A stretch of 64,000 nt of DNA from Thermoanaerobaculia bacterium (GCA_963664405.1 OY761158.1:4544001-4608000), one strand, 5' to 3'. Counted from the first letter of the stretch, positions 1-11,615 are shown. Notes: generated by a model not told the origin, from the sequence alone. Program-made: numbers and translations.

Positions 1-107
1 AGCGTCTTCTCGACATCTTCGAGCCCACCAGCCAGACCGTTGATGCGCTGATGAAGCTCGAGCTCCCGGCTGGCGTCGACGTAGAGATCAAGGCACTCGG
101 TAAGTAG
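1..107 (+). CDS. rpsJ: 30S ribosomal protein S10 (C-terminal part, truncated by window edge)
   Basis: Frame 3 reads [34 protein letters not shown], the S10 C-terminus; directly upstream of rplC. Confidence 0.95.
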   Translation, partial: RLLDIFEPTSQTVDALMKLELPAGVDVEIKALGK

Positions 108-110
108 GAG

Positions 111-746
111 ATGGGGATGGAAGGCATTCTCGGCCGCAAGATCGGCATGACTCAGATCTTTGAGGAGGACGGCACCGCCGTGCCGGTGACCCTCGTCAAG
201 GCCGGCCCCTGCGTCGTCGTGCAGCGCAAGACTTCGAAGGTCGACGGCTACGAAGCGATACAGGTCGGACTCCTTGAAGCCAAACCGGAGAAGCATGTTT
301 CTCAGCCGGCGGCTGGCCATTTCAAGAAGGCTGGCGTGCAGCCGATGCGAAGGCTCGAAGAGTTTCCTGTCCAGGCCGACGATGAGGCCAAGGCGGGGGA
401 TGAGCTTCGAGTGTCCATCTTTGCTGCCGACGAGTACATCGATGTGATCGCCAAGAGCAAGGGCAAAGGATTTCAGGGTGTCATGAAACGCCATGGCTTC
501 CATGGTGGTCGCGCCACTCATGGATCCATGTTTCATCGCGGACCCGGCTCGATCGGCCAAGCGTCCGACCCCTCGCGAGTCTTTCCCGGCACCCGGTTGC
601 CAGGGAGAATGGGTGGGAAACGCGTGACCACGAAGAACCTACGCATCGTCAAGATCGACGAAGAGAGGGACCTCCTCTTCATCAGAGGAGCCGTACCGGG
701 ACCCAGAGGCGGATACTTGACAATCCGCAGGGCGAAGAAGGGATGA
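111..746 (+). CDS. rplC: 50S ribosomal protein L3
   Basis: GRKIGMTQIF, KGKGFQGVMKRH, GRMGG motifs; operon position. Confidence 0.98.
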   Translation: MGMEGILGRKIGMTQIFEEDGTAVPVTLVKAGPCVVVQRKTSKVDGYEAIQVGLLEAKPEKHVSQPAAGHFKKAGVQPMRRLEEFPVQADDEAKAGDELRVSIFAADEYIDVIAKSKGKGFQGVMKRHGFHGGRATHGSMFHRGPGSIGQASDPSRVFPGTRLPGRMGGKRVTTKNLRIVKIDEERDLLFIRGAVPGPRGGYLTIRRAKKG

Positions 747-1372
747 CGATGAAGATCTCGGTCAAGAATCTCGCCAACGAGATAGTCAGAGAGATGGACC
801 TCCCCGAGGGCGTCTTTGGCTATCCTTACAAGGCCGATCTGATTCACGCGTCGGTGGTCGCGGTTCAGGCCGCTCAACGCAGCGGTACTCACAAGACCAA
901 GACCCGCAGCGAAGTTAGCGGCTCTGGTCGGAAGCCTTGGCGGCAGAAGGGCACCGGCCGCGCCCGCGCCGGCGACATCCGTACTCCGCTCTGGCGCAAG
1001 GGTGGCATCGTTCATGGTCCCCAGCCGCGAAGCTACGTTTCGGGGTTGTCACGTCGCGAGAAGCGAAACGCGTTGAAGTCCGCTCTTTCACGGAAGCTCC
1101 ATGATGAGGCGATCGTCGTCCTAGAAGGTTTGGAGCTGGATACGCACCGCACGGCGGAGTTGGTCGCAGTGATGAACCGCTTGGGGGTCGATGGTAAGGC
1201 CCTTGTGGTGGACCGCGGCGACAATCAGAAGCTCGATCTCGCTTCGCGCAACAATCCGCACCTGAAGGTAGTGGATGCGCTCAGTGTGAATGTTTACGAC
1301 ATCGTAGATAGGCCTTTTCTCGTTACCAGCGAGGCGGCCTTGGGTCGCCTGATCGAGGTGCTGTCGAAATGA
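743..1372 (+). CDS. rplD: 50S ribosomal protein L4
   Basis: TKTRSEVSGSGRKPWRQKGTGRARAG motif. Confidence 0.98.
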   Translation: MTMKISVKNLANEIVREMDLPEGVFGYPYKADLIHASVVAVQAAQRSGTHKTKTRSEVSGSGRKPWRQKGTGRARAGDIRTPLWRKGGIVHGPQPRSYVSGLSRREKRNALKSALSRKLHDEAIVVLEGLELDTHRTAELVAVMNRLGVDGKALVVDRGDNQKLDLASRNNPHLKVVDALSVNVYDIVDRPFLVTSEAALGRLIEVLSK

Positions 1373-1659
1373 GAATTCAAGACGTGATCCGGCGCCCCCT
1401 GATTACCGAGAAGTCGACGGAGCTGCGCGATGTGGCGAACATCGTCGCTTTCGAGGTCGATGTGGCTGCGAACAAGTTGGAGATCAAGCGGGCTGTCGAG
1501 GCCCAGTTTCAGCGCAAGGTCGCTGAGGTTCGGGTGTCGCGCTTTCGCGGTAAGGTGCGACGTCAGGGTCGCTACTCCGGCCGGAGGCCGGAGTGGAAGA
1601 AGGCCTACGTCCGCTTAGTCGAAGGTCAGAAGTCGATCGAGTTCTTCGAGGGTATGTAG
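1369..1659 (+). CDS. rplW: 50S ribosomal protein L23
   Basis: PLITEKS, ANKLEIKRAVE, WKKAYVRL. Confidence 0.97.
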   Translation: MRIQDVIRRPLITEKSTELRDVANIVAFEVDVAANKLEIKRAVEAQFQRKVAEVRVSRFRGKVRRQGRYSGRRPEWKKAYVRLVEGQKSIEFFEGM

Positions 1660-1677
1660 AAGTAGAGCGAGGTTCGG

Positions 1678-2505
1678 ATGGCACCCAAACAGAGAAAACC
1701 CACAAACCCAGGGAGTCGTTTCCAGGAATACGCGAGCTTTACCGAGCTCAGCGGCGTCGAAGCCCACAAACCTCTGGTCAAGGGGCGCAAGCGGGGCGGC
1801 GGTCGCAATAACCGTGGGCGTACCACTGTGCGCTTCCGTGGCGGCGGGCATCGTCGACGCTATCGCGAGATAGATTTCCGGCGCGACAAGCTCGAAGTTC
1901 CGGCGAAAGTAGTGAGCATTGAGTACGATCCGAACCGTACCGCCCGGATCTGCCTTCTCCACTATGCCGACGGCGAGAAGCGTTACATCCTCTGGCCCTC
2001 GGGGCTGAAGGTGGGTGATGCCGTCGCTGCCGGAGAAGATGTCGCGATCAATCTCGGCAACGCGCTCCCGATTCGCCAGATACCTCTCGGTACTCTCATT
2101 CACAATGTCGAGCTCAAACAGGGCGGTGGCGGACAGATGGTGCGTAGCGCCGGTGCAGGCGCACAGCTGATGGCGAAAGAAGGGAATGTCGCCCAGGTGA
2201 AGCTCCCTTCGGGCGAGGTTCGTCGAGTGCATATCGATTGCTACGCGACGATCGGCCGGATCGGGAATTCGGAGCATTCCAATATCGCGCTCGGCAAGGC
2301 CGGTCGCTCACGACGCCTCGGTCGGCGGCCCCATAACCGGGGAGTGACGATGAACCCCGTCGACCACCCGATGGGTGGCGGTGAGGGCAAGGCATCCGGG
2401 GGGCGACATCCCTGTTCTCCCTGGGGCATGCCGGCGAAGGGGTACCGGACAAGAAACAACAAGCGCACGGACCGCTCGATCGTGCGGCGGCGCTACCAGA
2501 AGTAG
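1678..2505 (+). CDS. rplB: 50S ribosomal protein L2
   Basis: [27 protein letters not shown]. Confidence 0.98.
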   Translation: MAPKQRKPTNPGSRFQEYASFTELSGVEAHKPLVKGRKRGGGRNNRGRTTVRFRGGGHRRRYREIDFRRDKLEVPAKVVSIEYDPNRTARICLLHYADGEKRYILWPSGLKVGDAVAAGEDVAINLGNALPIRQIPLGTLIHNVELKQGGGGQMVRSAGAGAQLMAKEGNVAQVKLPSGEVRRVHIDCYATIGRIGNSEHSNIALGKAGRSRRLGRRPHNRGVTMNPVDHPMGGGEGKASGGRHPCSPWGMPAKGYRTRNNKRTDRSIVRRRYQK

Positions 2506-2517
2506 CTCGGGGGATTC

Positions 2518-2802
2518 ATGGCACGTTCACTCAGAAAAGGCTTCTTCATCGATCAGCACCTTCTCGACAAGGTGCAAGAGGCGAGCGGTAGCGAGCGCCG
2601 GGTGATTCGCACCTGGTCGCGGAGATCGACGATCATCCCCGACATGGTCGGGCTCACCGTCGCTGTGCACAACGGTCTCAAGTTCATTCCGATCTATGTC
2701 AGCGAGAACATGGTCGGGCACAAGCTGGGAGAGTTCGCGCAGACTCGCACCTTTCGCGGCCATATCGGCGGTCGTAGCGAGCGCAGGGGAGCCCCCCGTT
2801 AG
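2518..2802 (+). CDS. rpsS: 30S ribosomal protein S19
   Basis: [19 protein letters not shown]. Confidence 0.98.
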   Translation: MARSLRKGFFIDQHLLDKVQEASGSERRVIRTWSRRSTIIPDMVGLTVAVHNGLKFIPIYVSENMVGHKLGEFAQTRTFRGHIGGRSERRGAPR

Positions 2803-2840
2803 TTCGGGGCGGCAACGGCAAGGATAAGAGGAGCGAGATC

Positions 2841-3206
2841 ATGGAAGTCAGTGCGAGACTCCGCTATCTGCGAGCTTCACCTCAGAAGGTGAGGTTGGTG
2901 GCGAATCTCATTCGCGGCAAGGCCGTGCAGGAGGCTTCGAATCTTCTGTATGTGTCGAACAAGGGGGCAGCAAGGCCGCTGCGAAAGCTCTTGGGCTCGG
3001 CTGTAGCCAATGCGGAGAACCTCGACGAGCACGTGGACGTGGACAACCTCTACGTGAAAGAGATCTTTGTCGACCAGGGTCCGGTTCTCAAGAGACTGCG
3101 GCCGGCGCCGATGGGCCGCGCCTTTCGAATCCTCAAACGTCAGAGTCACGTCACCATCAAACTCGACACCCGAGAGCAGGCGTCGACGAGTAGCGGAGAA
3201 GAATAG
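2841..3206 (+). CDS. rplV: 50S ribosomal protein L22
   Basis: [22 protein letters not shown]. Confidence 0.97.
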   Translation: MEVSARLRYLRASPQKVRLVANLIRGKAVQEASNLLYVSNKGAARPLRKLLGSAVANAENLDEHVDVDNLYVKEIFVDQGPVLKRLRPAPMGRAFRILKRQSHVTIKLDTREQASTSSGEE

Positions 3207-3856
3207 TGGGTCAGAAGACACATCCGTACGGGTTCCGCCTGGTCTACAACAAGAGCTGGCACTCTCGGTGGTTTGCCGATCGCGACTACGCGACGATTCT
3301 CGAGGCCGACGTCCGACTGCGTAGCCACTTGAAGAAGCGCTTGGGTCATGCGGGGGTTAGCGAGATCGATATCGAGCGAGCCGCGGACCAGCTCAGAGTC
3401 ACCATCTACACCTCGCGGCCTGGGATCATTATCGGCCGCAAGGGGGCTGAGGTGGACAAGCTCCGAGATGACTTGATGAAGCAGATGGGGCGGCCGGTGC
3501 ACATCAATATTCAGGAGATCCAACGTCCAGAGCTCGATGCCCAGTTGGTAGCTCAATCGATCGCGGGTCAGCTCCAACGTCGCATTGCCTTCCGCCGAGC
3601 GATGAAGAAGTCGATGGAGTCCGCCTTTCGCTTCGGTGCGAAGGGAATCAAGATCATGGTGTCGGGCCGTCTGGGAGGGCATGAGATCGCCCGCCGAGAG
3701 TGGTATCAAGAGGGCCGGCTGCCGTTGCATACGCTGAAGGCGGAGATCGACTATGGCTTCGCAGAGTCGAAGACGACCTCCGGAGTGATCGGTTGCAAAG
3801 TGTGGGTCTACCGAGGTGACTTGCTCAAAGAAAGGCGTCGTCAGGCCTCTGCCTGA
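3206..3856 (+). CDS. rpsC: 30S ribosomal protein S3
   Basis: [27 protein letters not shown]; GTG start. Confidence 0.98.
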   Translation: MGQKTHPYGFRLVYNKSWHSRWFADRDYATILEADVRLRSHLKKRLGHAGVSEIDIERAADQLRVTIYTSRPGIIIGRKGAEVDKLRDDLMKQMGRPVHINIQEIQRPELDAQLVAQSIAGQLQRRIAFRRAMKKSMESAFRFGAKGIKIMVSGRLGGHEIARREWYQEGRLPLHTLKAEIDYGFAESKTTSGVIGCKVWVYRGDLLKERRRQASA

Positions 3857-3899
3857 CGCGACGTCGAGTCCCGCCTGATTCGTCCAGGAGCCAACTGCC

Positions 3900-4322
3900 A
3901 TGTTGATGCCAAAAAAGGTCAAGTACCGCAAGCGACACCGAGGTCGTCGCAGGGGGCGCGCCAAGGGCGGCGACTATCTTGCGTTCGGAGACTATGGTCT
4001 CCAGGCCCTCAGCGATGGTTGGGTTACGGCCCGCCAGATCGAGTCCGCCCGTGTCGCGATTACCCGACATGTCAAGCGTGGCGGCAAGGTGTGGATCCGT
4101 GTATTCCCCGACAAACCCATCACCAAGAAGCCGCTCGAGACTCGGATGGGAAAAGGTAAGGGAAGTCCTGAGGAGTGGGTCGCGGTGGTCAAACCGGCGC
4201 GAATCCTCTACGAGCTCGAGGGCGTCGATCCGGTGGTCGCTGAGAGAGCCATGAAACTGGCATCACACAAGCTCGGGATCAAGACTCGGTTCGTGAGCCG
4301 CCATCATGAGGTGGCGCCATGA
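3900..4322 (+). CDS. rplP: 50S ribosomal protein L16
   Basis: [18 protein letters not shown]. Confidence 0.98.
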   Translation: MLMPKKVKYRKRHRGRRRGRAKGGDYLAFGDYGLQALSDGWVTARQIESARVAITRHVKRGGKVWIRVFPDKPITKKPLETRMGKGKGSPEEWVAVVKPARILYELEGVDPVVAERAMKLASHKLGIKTRFVSRHHEVAP

Positions 4323-4510
4323 AGGCTTCCGAATTGAGAGAGCTCAAGGTAGAAGAGCTGCGTTCCCGGGAGACCGATCTTGTCGAACAACTATTTGCCC
4401 TCCGCCTACAGAAGGTGACGGGTCAGATAGAGAGCCCATCGAAGCTGCGCACGACTCGGCATGACCTGGCTCGGGTGCTGACAGTTCTGACAGAGAAGCA
4501 GGCCGACTGA
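4319..4510 (+). CDS. rpmC: 50S ribosomal protein L29
   Basis: MKASELR...ARVLTVL; position. Confidence 0.95.
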   Translation: MKASELRELKVEELRSRETDLVEQLFALRLQKVTGQIESPSKLRTTRHDLARVLTVLTEKQAD

Positions 4511-4544
4511 ATTCAGACAGTCGTTAGACCGCAAGGACACATTG

Positions 4545-4820
4545 ATGAGCAATACGGACACAGGGCGAGGCCGCACACAGACGTTGGTTGGCATCGTCGT
4601 CGGCGACAAGATGGACAAGACAGTTACCGTTCAGGTAGAGCTAACGGTGGTGCACCGTCTCTACCACCGCTACTCCAAGAAGACACAGAAATACGCGGCC
4701 CACGACGAGACCAATGCGTGCAAAGTCGGAGATCGCGTGGTCGTCGCCTCGATGAGGCCGATGTCGAAGAACAAGCGGTGGCGGGTGCGGGAGATTCTGG
4801 ATCGGGGCGAGGAGAAATAG
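4545..4820 (+). CDS. rpsQ: 30S ribosomal protein S17
   Basis: KMDKTVTV, AHDETN, RPMSKNKRW. Confidence 0.96.
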   Translation: MSNTDTGRGRTQTLVGIVVGDKMDKTVTVQVELTVVHRLYHRYSKKTQKYAAHDETNACKVGDRVVVASMRPMSKNKRWRVREILDRGEEK

Positions 4821-4823
4821 TCA

Positions 4824-5192
4824 ATGATCCAGATGGGAACAGTGCTCGATGTCGCAGACAACTCGGGCGCAAAAAAGATCGCCTGCATTACGCTGAAGGG
4901 TGGTTCTTCGGGCCGCTATGGCGCCCTGGGAGACATCATCACGGCTTCGGTCAAGGAGGCTACGCCCGATGGCACGGTCAAGAAGGGCCAAGTTGTAAAG
5001 GCGGTGATCGTGCGCACGGCCAAGGAGCATCGCCGTAAAGACGGCAGCTACATACGCTTCGAGAACAATTCGGCCGTTCTTATCGATGAAGGGCGCGAGC
5101 CGGTGGGCACGCGTGTCTTTGGTCCGGTGGCTCGGGAGCTACGCGAGCGTCGCTTCATGAAGATCGTGTCTCTGGCCCCGGAAGTGCTTTGA
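4824..5192 (+). CDS. rplN: 50S ribosomal protein L14
   Basis: [28 protein letters not shown]. Confidence 0.98.
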   Translation: MIQMGTVLDVADNSGAKKIACITLKGGSSGRYGALGDIITASVKEATPDGTVKKGQVVKAVIVRTAKEHRRKDGSYIRFENNSAVLIDEGREPVGTRVFGPVARELRERRFMKIVSLAPEVL

Positions 5193-5202
5193 TTCGGAGG
5201 CG

Positions 5203-5529
5203 ATGATGGCGAAGTTGAAGATAAAGAAGGACGACACCGTCATGGTGATCACCGGCAGAGATCGCGGGGTGAGAGGAAAGGTCATGCGAGTCTTTCCCGC
5301 CACGGGCTCGGTGATCGTCGAGGGCGTCAATATGATCAAGCGCCATACCAAGCCGAATCCCCAGCAGCAGATCAAAGGCGGAGTGGTTGAGAAAGAGGCT
5401 CCGATTCAGGTGTCGAAGCTGATGCTGGTGTGTCCCGAGAGCGGCAAGCTCTCTCGTGTAGGTCGTAAGCGTCTAGATGACGGTACCGGCGCTCGTGTGG
5501 TGAAGAGATCGGGAGCAGTGCTCTCGTAG
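5203..5529 (+). CDS. rplX: 50S ribosomal protein L24
   Basis: KOW motif [23 protein letters not shown]. Confidence 0.96.
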   Translation: MMAKLKIKKDDTVMVITGRDRGVRGKVMRVFPATGSVIVEGVNMIKRHTKPNPQQQIKGGVVEKEAPIQVSKLMLVCPESGKLSRVGRKRLDDGTGARVVKRSGAVLS

Positions 5530-5555
5530 TTAGAGGGTTGCAGGAGAGAAGAAGC

Positions 5556-6170
5556 ATGGCGAAGAAGGGGCAGAAAGAGAAGGCTGCGGCCGGGAACGGC
5601 ACGGGCGGAGGCCCGGAGCCCCGCATGCGCCGACTTTACGAAGACGAGGTGCGGCCGGCTCTGCAGGAGAAGTTCGCTTTGGCGAATGTGATGGCGGCGC
5701 CGCGGGTTGAGAAGGTGGTGCTGAATATCGGCTTGGGTGAAGCCCGTCGCAACATCAAGCTTCTCGACGGTGCTATGGAAGAGCTCACTGCGATCGCTGG
5801 ACAGCGGCCGACCATCACCCGTGCGAGGAAGTCGATCGCGGCTTTCAAGCTACGTGAGGGCATGCCCATCGGCTGTAGGGTGACCCTTCGTCGCGATCGG
5901 ATGTGGGAGTTTCTCGATCGCCTCATCAACGTCGGTCTGCCGCGGGTGCGCGACTTTCGCGGAGTGCCGGCAAGCAGTTTCGACGGTCGAGGGAGCTACA
6001 CGCTTGGAATTCAGGATCACTTGATTTTCCCCGAGGTGGACTACAACAGGGTCGAGGGGACCAAAGGCATGAACATCACAATCGTCACTTCAGCGGCGAA
6101 CGACGAGCAAGCAGCCTTCCTGCTGACTGGGCTGGGAATGCCCTTCAATCGTGAAGGAGAGGCGGCTTGA
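5556..6170 (+). CDS. rplE: 50S ribosomal protein L5
   Basis: [26 protein letters not shown]; short Lys/Gly-rich N-terminal extension. Confidence 0.97.
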   Translation: MAKKGQKEKAAAGNGTGGGPEPRMRRLYEDEVRPALQEKFALANVMAAPRVEKVVLNIGLGEARRNIKLLDGAMEELTAIAGQRPTITRARKSIAAFKLREGMPIGCRVTLRRDRMWEFLDRLINVGLPRVRDFRGVPASSFDGRGSYTLGIQDHLIFPEVDYNRVEGTKGMNITIVTSAANDEQAAFLLTGLGMPFNREGEAA

Positions 6171-6189
6171 GCGCCGGGAGATCTTTTCG

Positions 6190-6588
6190 ATGACAATGAC
6201 CGATCCCATCGCCGACTACATGACCAGGATTCGTAATGCTCTGCTGGTCAATCACGATCGAGTCGAGGTTCCGCTCTCGAAGCTGAAGCTCGAGCTGAGC
6301 AATGTCCTCAAGGAAGAGGGCTACATCAGTGACTTCGAAGTCATTGAGGACAGCCCTCAATCCAGGATTCGTATTTTTCTCAGTTACGCTAAAGACGGTA
6401 GTCCCGCAATTACCAAGATGGCGCGGGTATCCAAGCCCGGGCGGCGGGTCTACCGACGGGCCTCGGAGATTAAACCGGTGCTGAGTGGCATTGGAGTCGG
6501 GATCATCTCGACCTCCCGCGGCATGCTGACGTTCGAGAAGGCTCGACAGCAGGGTGTCGGCGGTGAAGTCATCTGTGAGATCTGGTAG
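6190..6588 (+). CDS. rpsH: 30S ribosomal protein S8
   Basis: MTDPIADYMTRIRNA, SKPGRRVY, GGEVICEIW; start reassigned to ATG 6190. Confidence 0.97.
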   Translation: MTMTDPIADYMTRIRNALLVNHDRVEVPLSKLKLELSNVLKEEGYISDFEVIEDSPQSRIRIFLSYAKDGSPAITKMARVSKPGRRVYRRASEIKPVLSGIGVGIISTSRGMLTFEKARQQGVGGEVICEIW

Positions 6589-6597
6589 GAGAAGGAA

Positions 6598-7146
6598 ATG
6601 TCTCGCATTGGCAAACTTCCGATCCCGGTACCCAAGGGTGTCACCGTGACCCTCGAGGGGGCCGCGTTTTTGGCGGACGGACCCAAGGGGAAGGTGTCTC
6701 TCGACGTGGTGCGTGGCATCGAGGTGCGGATAGAGGACGGCGTCGTAACTGTGCATCGCGCAGATGACACGGGTCCGTCCAGAGCAAAGCATGGTTTGGT
6801 GCGGGCACTCTTGGCGAACGCCGTACGGGGCGTCGCCGAGGGTTGGTCGAAGGAGCTGGAGATTCAGGGGGTTGGATATCGAGCCGAGTCGAAGGGACGA
6901 GATGTCCATTTCACTTTGGGCTACTCCCACCCGATCGTCTACTCGGTTCCGGAAGGCGTCGAGATCGAAGTCGATGGCAACACGCGACTCGTTGTGCGCG
7001 GCCCGGATCGTCAGGCTGTAGGTCAGGTCGCCGCCGAGATCCGTAAACTGCGAAAGCCGGACGCATACAAAGGAAAAGGCATCCGCTACAAGGATGAAAC
7101 TGTACGCCTCAAGGTCGGGAAGGCAGGCGTGAGCGGGGCAGCATAA
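6598..7146 (+). CDS. rplF: 50S ribosomal protein L6
   Basis: [20 protein letters not shown]. Confidence 0.98.
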   Translation: MSRIGKLPIPVPKGVTVTLEGAAFLADGPKGKVSLDVVRGIEVRIEDGVVTVHRADDTGPSRAKHGLVRALLANAVRGVAEGWSKELEIQGVGYRAESKGRDVHFTLGYSHPIVYSVPEGVEIEVDGNTRLVVRGPDRQAVGQVAAEIRKLRKPDAYKGKGIRYKDETVRLKVGKAGVSGAA

Positions 7147-7147
7147 G

Positions 7148-7534
7148 ATGAGTGATCTCCATAGGAAACGAGTAATACAGAAGCGAGCTCGGCGAGAGCG
7201 CGCTCATCGACGGGTCAGGGCCAAGGTCAAGGGCTCCGAGGAGCGGCCGAGGTTGTGTGTGACCAAGAGTCTGCGTTACATCTACGCTCAGGTGATCGAC
7301 GATCGCTCGGGCCGGACGCTTGCGCAGGCCAACTCACTGGAGAAAGGGCTGCGCGAGGGTCTCGACGGCGCCTGTGGCAACAAGGAGGCGGCCCGCACGG
7401 TGGGTGAGAAAGTAGCCGAGAGATCGCTCGAGCTTGGTATCAAGAAGGTGGTCTTCGATCGAGGCGGGTACGTGTACCACGGCAAGATCAAGGCTCTGGC
7501 CGACGCCGCCCGAGAGAAAGGATTGGTGTTCTAG
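7148..7534 (+). CDS. rplR: 50S ribosomal protein L18
   Basis: [21 protein letters not shown]. Confidence 0.97.
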   Translation: MSDLHRKRVIQKRARRERAHRRVRAKVKGSEERPRLCVTKSLRYIYAQVIDDRSGRTLAQANSLEKGLREGLDGACGNKEAARTVGEKVAERSLELGIKKVVFDRGGYVYHGKIKALADAAREKGLVF

Positions 7535-7586
7535 GAATGCCGAGGCTTAGTAGCGATATGAAAAATGGCCAGCAAGGAGAGTTGCG

Positions 7587-8303
7587 GTGACGACAAGGGA
7601 CGCTGGCGAGCTTTTCGAACAGGTGATTCACATCAATCGTGTCACCAAGGTTGTCAAGGGGGGAAAGAACTTCTCCTTCTCGGCACTCGTGGTGGTGGGC
7701 GATGGTAACGGGCGAGTTGGCTATGGTGCGGGCAAGGCCAAGGAAGTTCCGGTGGCGATCCGAAAGGGTATCGAGATAGCCAAGAAGAACATGATCGCTC
7801 TGACGCTCAAGGGGACCAGTATTCCCCACGAGATTACTGGGGTTTACGGTGCCGGTCGGGTTCTTCTGCGCCCCGCGTCGGAAGGCACCGGGGTCATCGC
7901 TGGAGGTCCCGTCCGCGCGGTTATCGAGACTGCCGGTATTCAGGACATCCTTACCAAGTCGTTAGGGTCGAAGAACCCTCATAACGTAGTGAAGGCTACC
8001 TTCGACGGTCTTTTGCGTCTCCGCACTAGAGAACAGGCCCTGCGGCAGCGAGGCTTCGCCGACGGCGTGCGAGAAGAAGTCGTCGTCGAGCCGGCGCCAG
8101 CCGCGCCTGCCGCTGAGGCCGAAGCGAGCGCGCCTCCGGAGCCATCCGCGGCACCGGTGGTCGTCGAGTCGGTAGCTGAGGAGAGTGCGCCGGTTGTAGA
8201 GCAAACGGCTGCGCCTGAGACCACGCCCGCGGCGGAGACGGCTCCCGATGCCAGCGAGGATGCTGAGGCTGAGACCAAGACTGAAACTGAGACCAGCTCA
8301 TGA
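7587..8303 (+). CDS. rpsE: 30S ribosomal protein S5 with acidic Ala/Pro/Glu-rich C-terminal extension
   Basis: [24 protein letters not shown]; low-complexity tail after about residue 160. Confidence 0.96.
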   Translation: MTTRDAGELFEQVIHINRVTKVVKGGKNFSFSALVVVGDGNGRVGYGAGKAKEVPVAIRKGIEIAKKNMIALTLKGTSIPHEITGVYGAGRVLLRPASEGTGVIAGGPVRAVIETAGIQDILTKSLGSKNPHNVVKATFDGLLRLRTREQALRQRGFADGVREEVVVEPAPAAPAAEAEASAPPEPSAAPVVVESVAEESAPVVEQTAAPETTPAAETAPDASEDAEAETKTETETSS

Positions 8304-8494
8304 GCAAGATTCCGACCATCCGTATTCAGCAGACGAAGAGCGCGATCGGAAGCACGCGCAAGCAGCGCGAAGTGCTACGCACTCTGGGTCTGAGAAAACT
8401 CAACCGTGTGGTCGAGCGCCAGGACATTCCTGCCGTCCGAGGCGCGGTCACCAAGATTGCGCATCTGGTCACGATTCTCGAGGAGAAGGAATGA
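8300..8494 (+). CDS. rpmD: 50S ribosomal protein L30
   Basis: KSAIG...LGLRK...[11 protein letters not shown]. Confidence 0.95.
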   Translation: MSKIPTIRIQQTKSAIGSTRKQREVLRTLGLRKLNRVVERQDIPAVRGAVTKIAHLVTILEEKE

Positions 8495-8922
8495 AGCTGC
8501 ACGAGCTGGGTCCAAAAAAGGGCAGCCGCCGCGAGCGCAAGCGGGTCGGGCGAGGTCCGGGGTCGGGCGTCGGTAAGACTTCGGGCCGCGGCCACAATGG
8601 GCAGAGGTCGCGCTCTGGTTTCAGTCGCCGCGCGGGATTCGAGGGCGGGCAGATGCCGCTCGTTCGTCGGACGCCGAAGCGCGGCTTCACCAACATCTTT
8701 CGGATCGAGGTCTCGGCCGTGAATCTGTCGCGGCTCGAGGGGCTAGGAGGCGAGATCAGCCCGGAGCTGTTGCAGGAGCACGGTTTGGCTCGGGTGGGCC
8801 GGCCGGTCAAGATTCTTGGCGACGGTGAAGTTACCCAGGCTCTCAAGGTCTCGGCACACCAATTCTCCAAGAGCGCTAGAGCCAAGATCGAAGCTGCCGG
8901 AGGTAGCTGCGAGACTCTATGA
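8491..8922 (+). CDS. rplO: 50S ribosomal protein L15
   Basis: MKLHELGP...[25 protein letters not shown]; ATG 8491 overlaps the rpmD stop. Confidence 0.97.
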   Translation: MKLHELGPKKGSRRERKRVGRGPGSGVGKTSGRGHNGQRSRSGFSRRAGFEGGQMPLVRRTPKRGFTNIFRIEVSAVNLSRLEGLGGEISPELLQEHGLARVGRPVKILGDGEVTQALKVSAHQFSKSARAKIEAAGGSCETL

Positions 8923-10301
8923 TCGATAGCTTTCGCAATATTTTCGCGATCCCGGAGTTGCGCAAGCGGCTGGCCTTTACCTTTGGCCTGCTCGCCGTCT
9001 ACCGGTTGGGTTGCTATATCCCAACGCCCGGTATTGATCCGGACGCTCTTTTGGAGCTGATGGACTCGCTGCGGGGCACAGTGTTCGGCTTCGTCAACAC
9101 CTTTACCGGCGGCAGCCTCGAGCGGGTCGCGGTCTTCGCCCTCGGGATCATGCCCTACATCACCTCTTCGATCATCCTGCAGCTTCTCACGGTGGTGGTG
9201 CCCTACCTGGAGAAGCTCTCCAAGGAAGGTGAGCTTGGGCGCAAGAAGATCACCCAGTACACACGCTATCTGATGGTCGCGATCGCGATCGTGCAGTCTT
9301 TGGGCATCGCATTCTTCTTGGAGAACAGCCCCACCCCTGGCGGCGCTGCTCTGGTCCCCGACACCGGTTGGGACTTCCGAATGATGACGGTTCTGTCGCT
9401 CACCACCGGATGCGCTTTCGTAATGTGGCTCGGCGAGCAGATCACTGAGCGGGGAATCGGCAACGGCATTTCGCTGGTGATCTTCGCCGGTATCGTGGTC
9501 GGACTTCCGCGCGCGATTCTCACCATCATCTCTCAGGTCTCCTCTGGAACCCTCTCGGTTCTCCAGGTCGTGATCCTGGCGGTTTTCATGGTTCTTGTCA
9601 TCGCCTTCATCGTGCGGATGGAGCGAGCCCAGCGACGAATCCCAGTGCAATACGCCAAGCGAATTGTCGGGCGTCGCCAATACGGCGGCCAGAGCACCTA
9701 CCTGCCGCTGCGTTTGAATACCGGTGGAGTCATTCCGGTGATTTTCGCAAGCTCGGTGGTGACGATCCCGCAGACGATCGCGCAGATGATCCCGATCGAC
9801 TGGATGCAGACTGTCGCCGACGCGATTCAATGGGGCCAACCGGTCTACTACCTGCTCTACGTGTCAGCGATCATCTTCTTCTGTTACTTCTACGTTTCGA
9901 TCATCTTCAACCCGGCCGACCTGGCCGAGAACATGCGCAAGTATGGCGGCTTCATTCCCGGCATTCGATCGGGCCGGCGGACCGCGGAGTACATCGATCG
10001 TATTCTCACCCGCCTGACCGTTGTCGGGGCTCTCTACCTAGCGGGGGTCTCGGTGCTTCCGGAGTTCCTCATCGCAGGCTTCAAGGTGAGTGGCATCCCG
10101 TTTATCGGGCCGACTCTCGACTCGATCGCGCCCGCCTGGTTCTCGCAGGGGCTGGGGCTGAACTTCTATTTCGGCGGAACGTCGCTGCTCATCGTTGTCG
10201 GCGTGGCAATGGATACGCTCCAGCAGGTCGAGAGCCAACTGGTGATGCGCAACTACGACGGCTTCATGAAGCGAGGGAGGATGCGTGGGCGTCGTGGCTG
10301 A
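8919..10301 (+). CDS. secY: Preprotein translocase subunit SecY
   Basis: [33 protein letters not shown]; about 10 TM segments. Confidence 0.98.
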   Translation: MIDSFRNIFAIPELRKRLAFTFGLLAVYRLGCYIPTPGIDPDALLELMDSLRGTVFGFVNTFTGGSLERVAVFALGIMPYITSSIILQLLTVVVPYLEKLSKEGELGRKKITQYTRYLMVAIAIVQSLGIAFFLENSPTPGGAALVPDTGWDFRMMTVLSLTTGCAFVMWLGEQITERGIGNGISLVIFAGIVVGLPRAILTIISQVSSGTLSVLQVVILAVFMVLVIAFIVRMERAQRRIPVQYAKRIVGRRQYGGQSTYLPLRLNTGGVIPVIFASSVVTIPQTIAQMIPIDWMQTVADAIQWGQPVYYLLYVSAIIFFCYFYVSIIFNPADLAENMRKYGGFIPGIRSGRRTAEYIDRILTRLTVVGALYLAGVSVLPEFLIAGFKVSGIPFIGPTLDSIAPAWFSQGLGLNFYFGGTSLLIVVGVAMDTLQQVESQLVMRNYDGFMKRGRMRGRRG

Positions 10302-10305
10302 GGTC

Positions 10306-10863
10306 GTGCGGATCGTTTTTCTGGGCCCTCCCGGCTCGGGGAAGGGTACTCAGGCGGCGTTGCTTGCCGACGAGTGCGGAATGCCGGCGATCTCGACCGG
10401 AGACATGCTGCGCGGGGCGGTCACCGAGGGCAGCGATCTTGGAAGTCGCGTGGAAGGCGTTATGGCGTCTGGAGACTTGGTGAGCGACGACTTGATGGCC
10501 GAGGTAGTTGGCGACCGGCTGGCGCAAGCCGACGCAGACAACGGCTTTCTACTCGACGGATATCCGCGGACCGCTTCTCAGGCCGAGACCCTGGCTGGGA
10601 TCCTCGAAGCCGGGTCACAAACCCTCGATCATGTCGTGTTCATCGACGTTCCCGAGGAGACCCTGGTCGCTCGCGCTCTGAGCCGGAATCGCGCCGATGA
10701 CAAAGAAGAGGTGGTTCGAGAGCGGCTCCGGGTGTACCGAGAGAAAACTCAGCCCCTGGTCGAGTACTATAGGGGGCTCGGCCTGCTGCGCGAGATCGAT
10801 GGCGACCGCAGAATTGGTGAGGTCGAGACGTCGATCCGGCTTGCTCTCGAGGGAAGTGACTGA
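10306..10863 (+). CDS. adk: Adenylate kinase, short (LID-less) type
   Basis: GPPGSGKGTQA P-loop, LLDGYPRT; short LID region SRNRADD; probable GTG start 10306. Confidence 0.95.
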   Translation: MRIVFLGPPGSGKGTQAALLADECGMPAISTGDMLRGAVTEGSDLGSRVEGVMASGDLVSDDLMAEVVGDRLAQADADNGFLLDGYPRTASQAETLAGILEAGSQTLDHVVFIDVPEETLVARALSRNRADDKEEVVRERLRVYREKTQPLVEYYRGLGLLREIDGDRRIGEVETSIRLALEGSD

Positions 10864-11615
10864 TGGTGCTCAAGACTAAAGGCGAGATCGAGCTGATGGC
10901 GGAAGCGAACGCCATTCTCCACGAGGTTCTTGACCTGCTTGGGGAGGTGATCGCACCTGGTGTTACCACCGGCGAGCTCGACCGCATCGCGGAAGAGAGA
11001 ATAAGGGCACGGGGCGCGGCCCCCGGCTTCCTGCACTACAGGGGGTTCCCCGCGACTCTTTGCACTTCTCTGGACGACGTCATCGTCCACGGCATCCCCG
11101 ACGCTCAGCCGCTCAAGGAAGGCGCGATTCTAGGCGTCGACTGTGGTGTGCTCCATCAGGGCTACTATGGTGATGCCGCTCGGACCTTCGCGGTGGGGGA
11201 GATCAGTGCCGAGGCCGCTCATCTACTGGAAGTGACTCGCCGCTCGCTGGAGCTGGCGGTAGAGCAGGCACGACCCGGAAATCGGCTCTCCGACATAGGA
11301 CACGCTGTCGAGAGCTATGTTGTGCCGCAGGGGTACTCGGTTGTTCGTGAGTTCGTGGGGCATGGTATCGGTACGGCGCTGCACGAAGACCCTCAGATCC
11401 CGAACTTCGGGAGGCCTGGGAAGGGGCTTCGCATAGAGCCCGGAATGGTGCTTGCGATCGAGCCGATGGTCAACGTCGGTGGTCCCGGAGTGAAGGTCGA
11501 CACAGATGGTTGGACGGCTCGGACCGCGGATGGCTCGCTCTCGGCTCATTTCGAGTACTCGGTGGCGGTGACCGATGTTGGGCCGCGGATCCTCAACGGG
11601 AGTGCCACGACATGA
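10863..11615 (+). CDS. map: Type I methionine aminopeptidase
   Basis: VHGIP, YYGDAART, GHGIG, AIEPM, SAHFE. Confidence 0.97.
   Translation: MVLKTKGEIELMAEANAILHEVLDLLGEVIAPGVTTGELDRIAEERIRARGAAPGFLHYRGFPATLCTSLDDVIVHGIPDAQPLKEGAILGVDCGVLHQGYYGDAARTFAVGEISAEAAHLLEVTRRSLELAVEQARPGNRLSDIGHAVESYVVPQGYSVVREFVGHGIGTALHEDPQIPNFGRPGKGLRIEPGMVLAIEPMVNVGGPGVKVDTDGWTARTADGSLSAHFEYSVAVTDVGPRILNGSATT

Noticed and set aside
8469-9839. Long antisense ORFs (also 46257-47618, 39290-40432, 48136-48966, 43109-43954)
   Set aside because: Shadows of high-GC coding genes on the opposite strand, with no recognisable motifs
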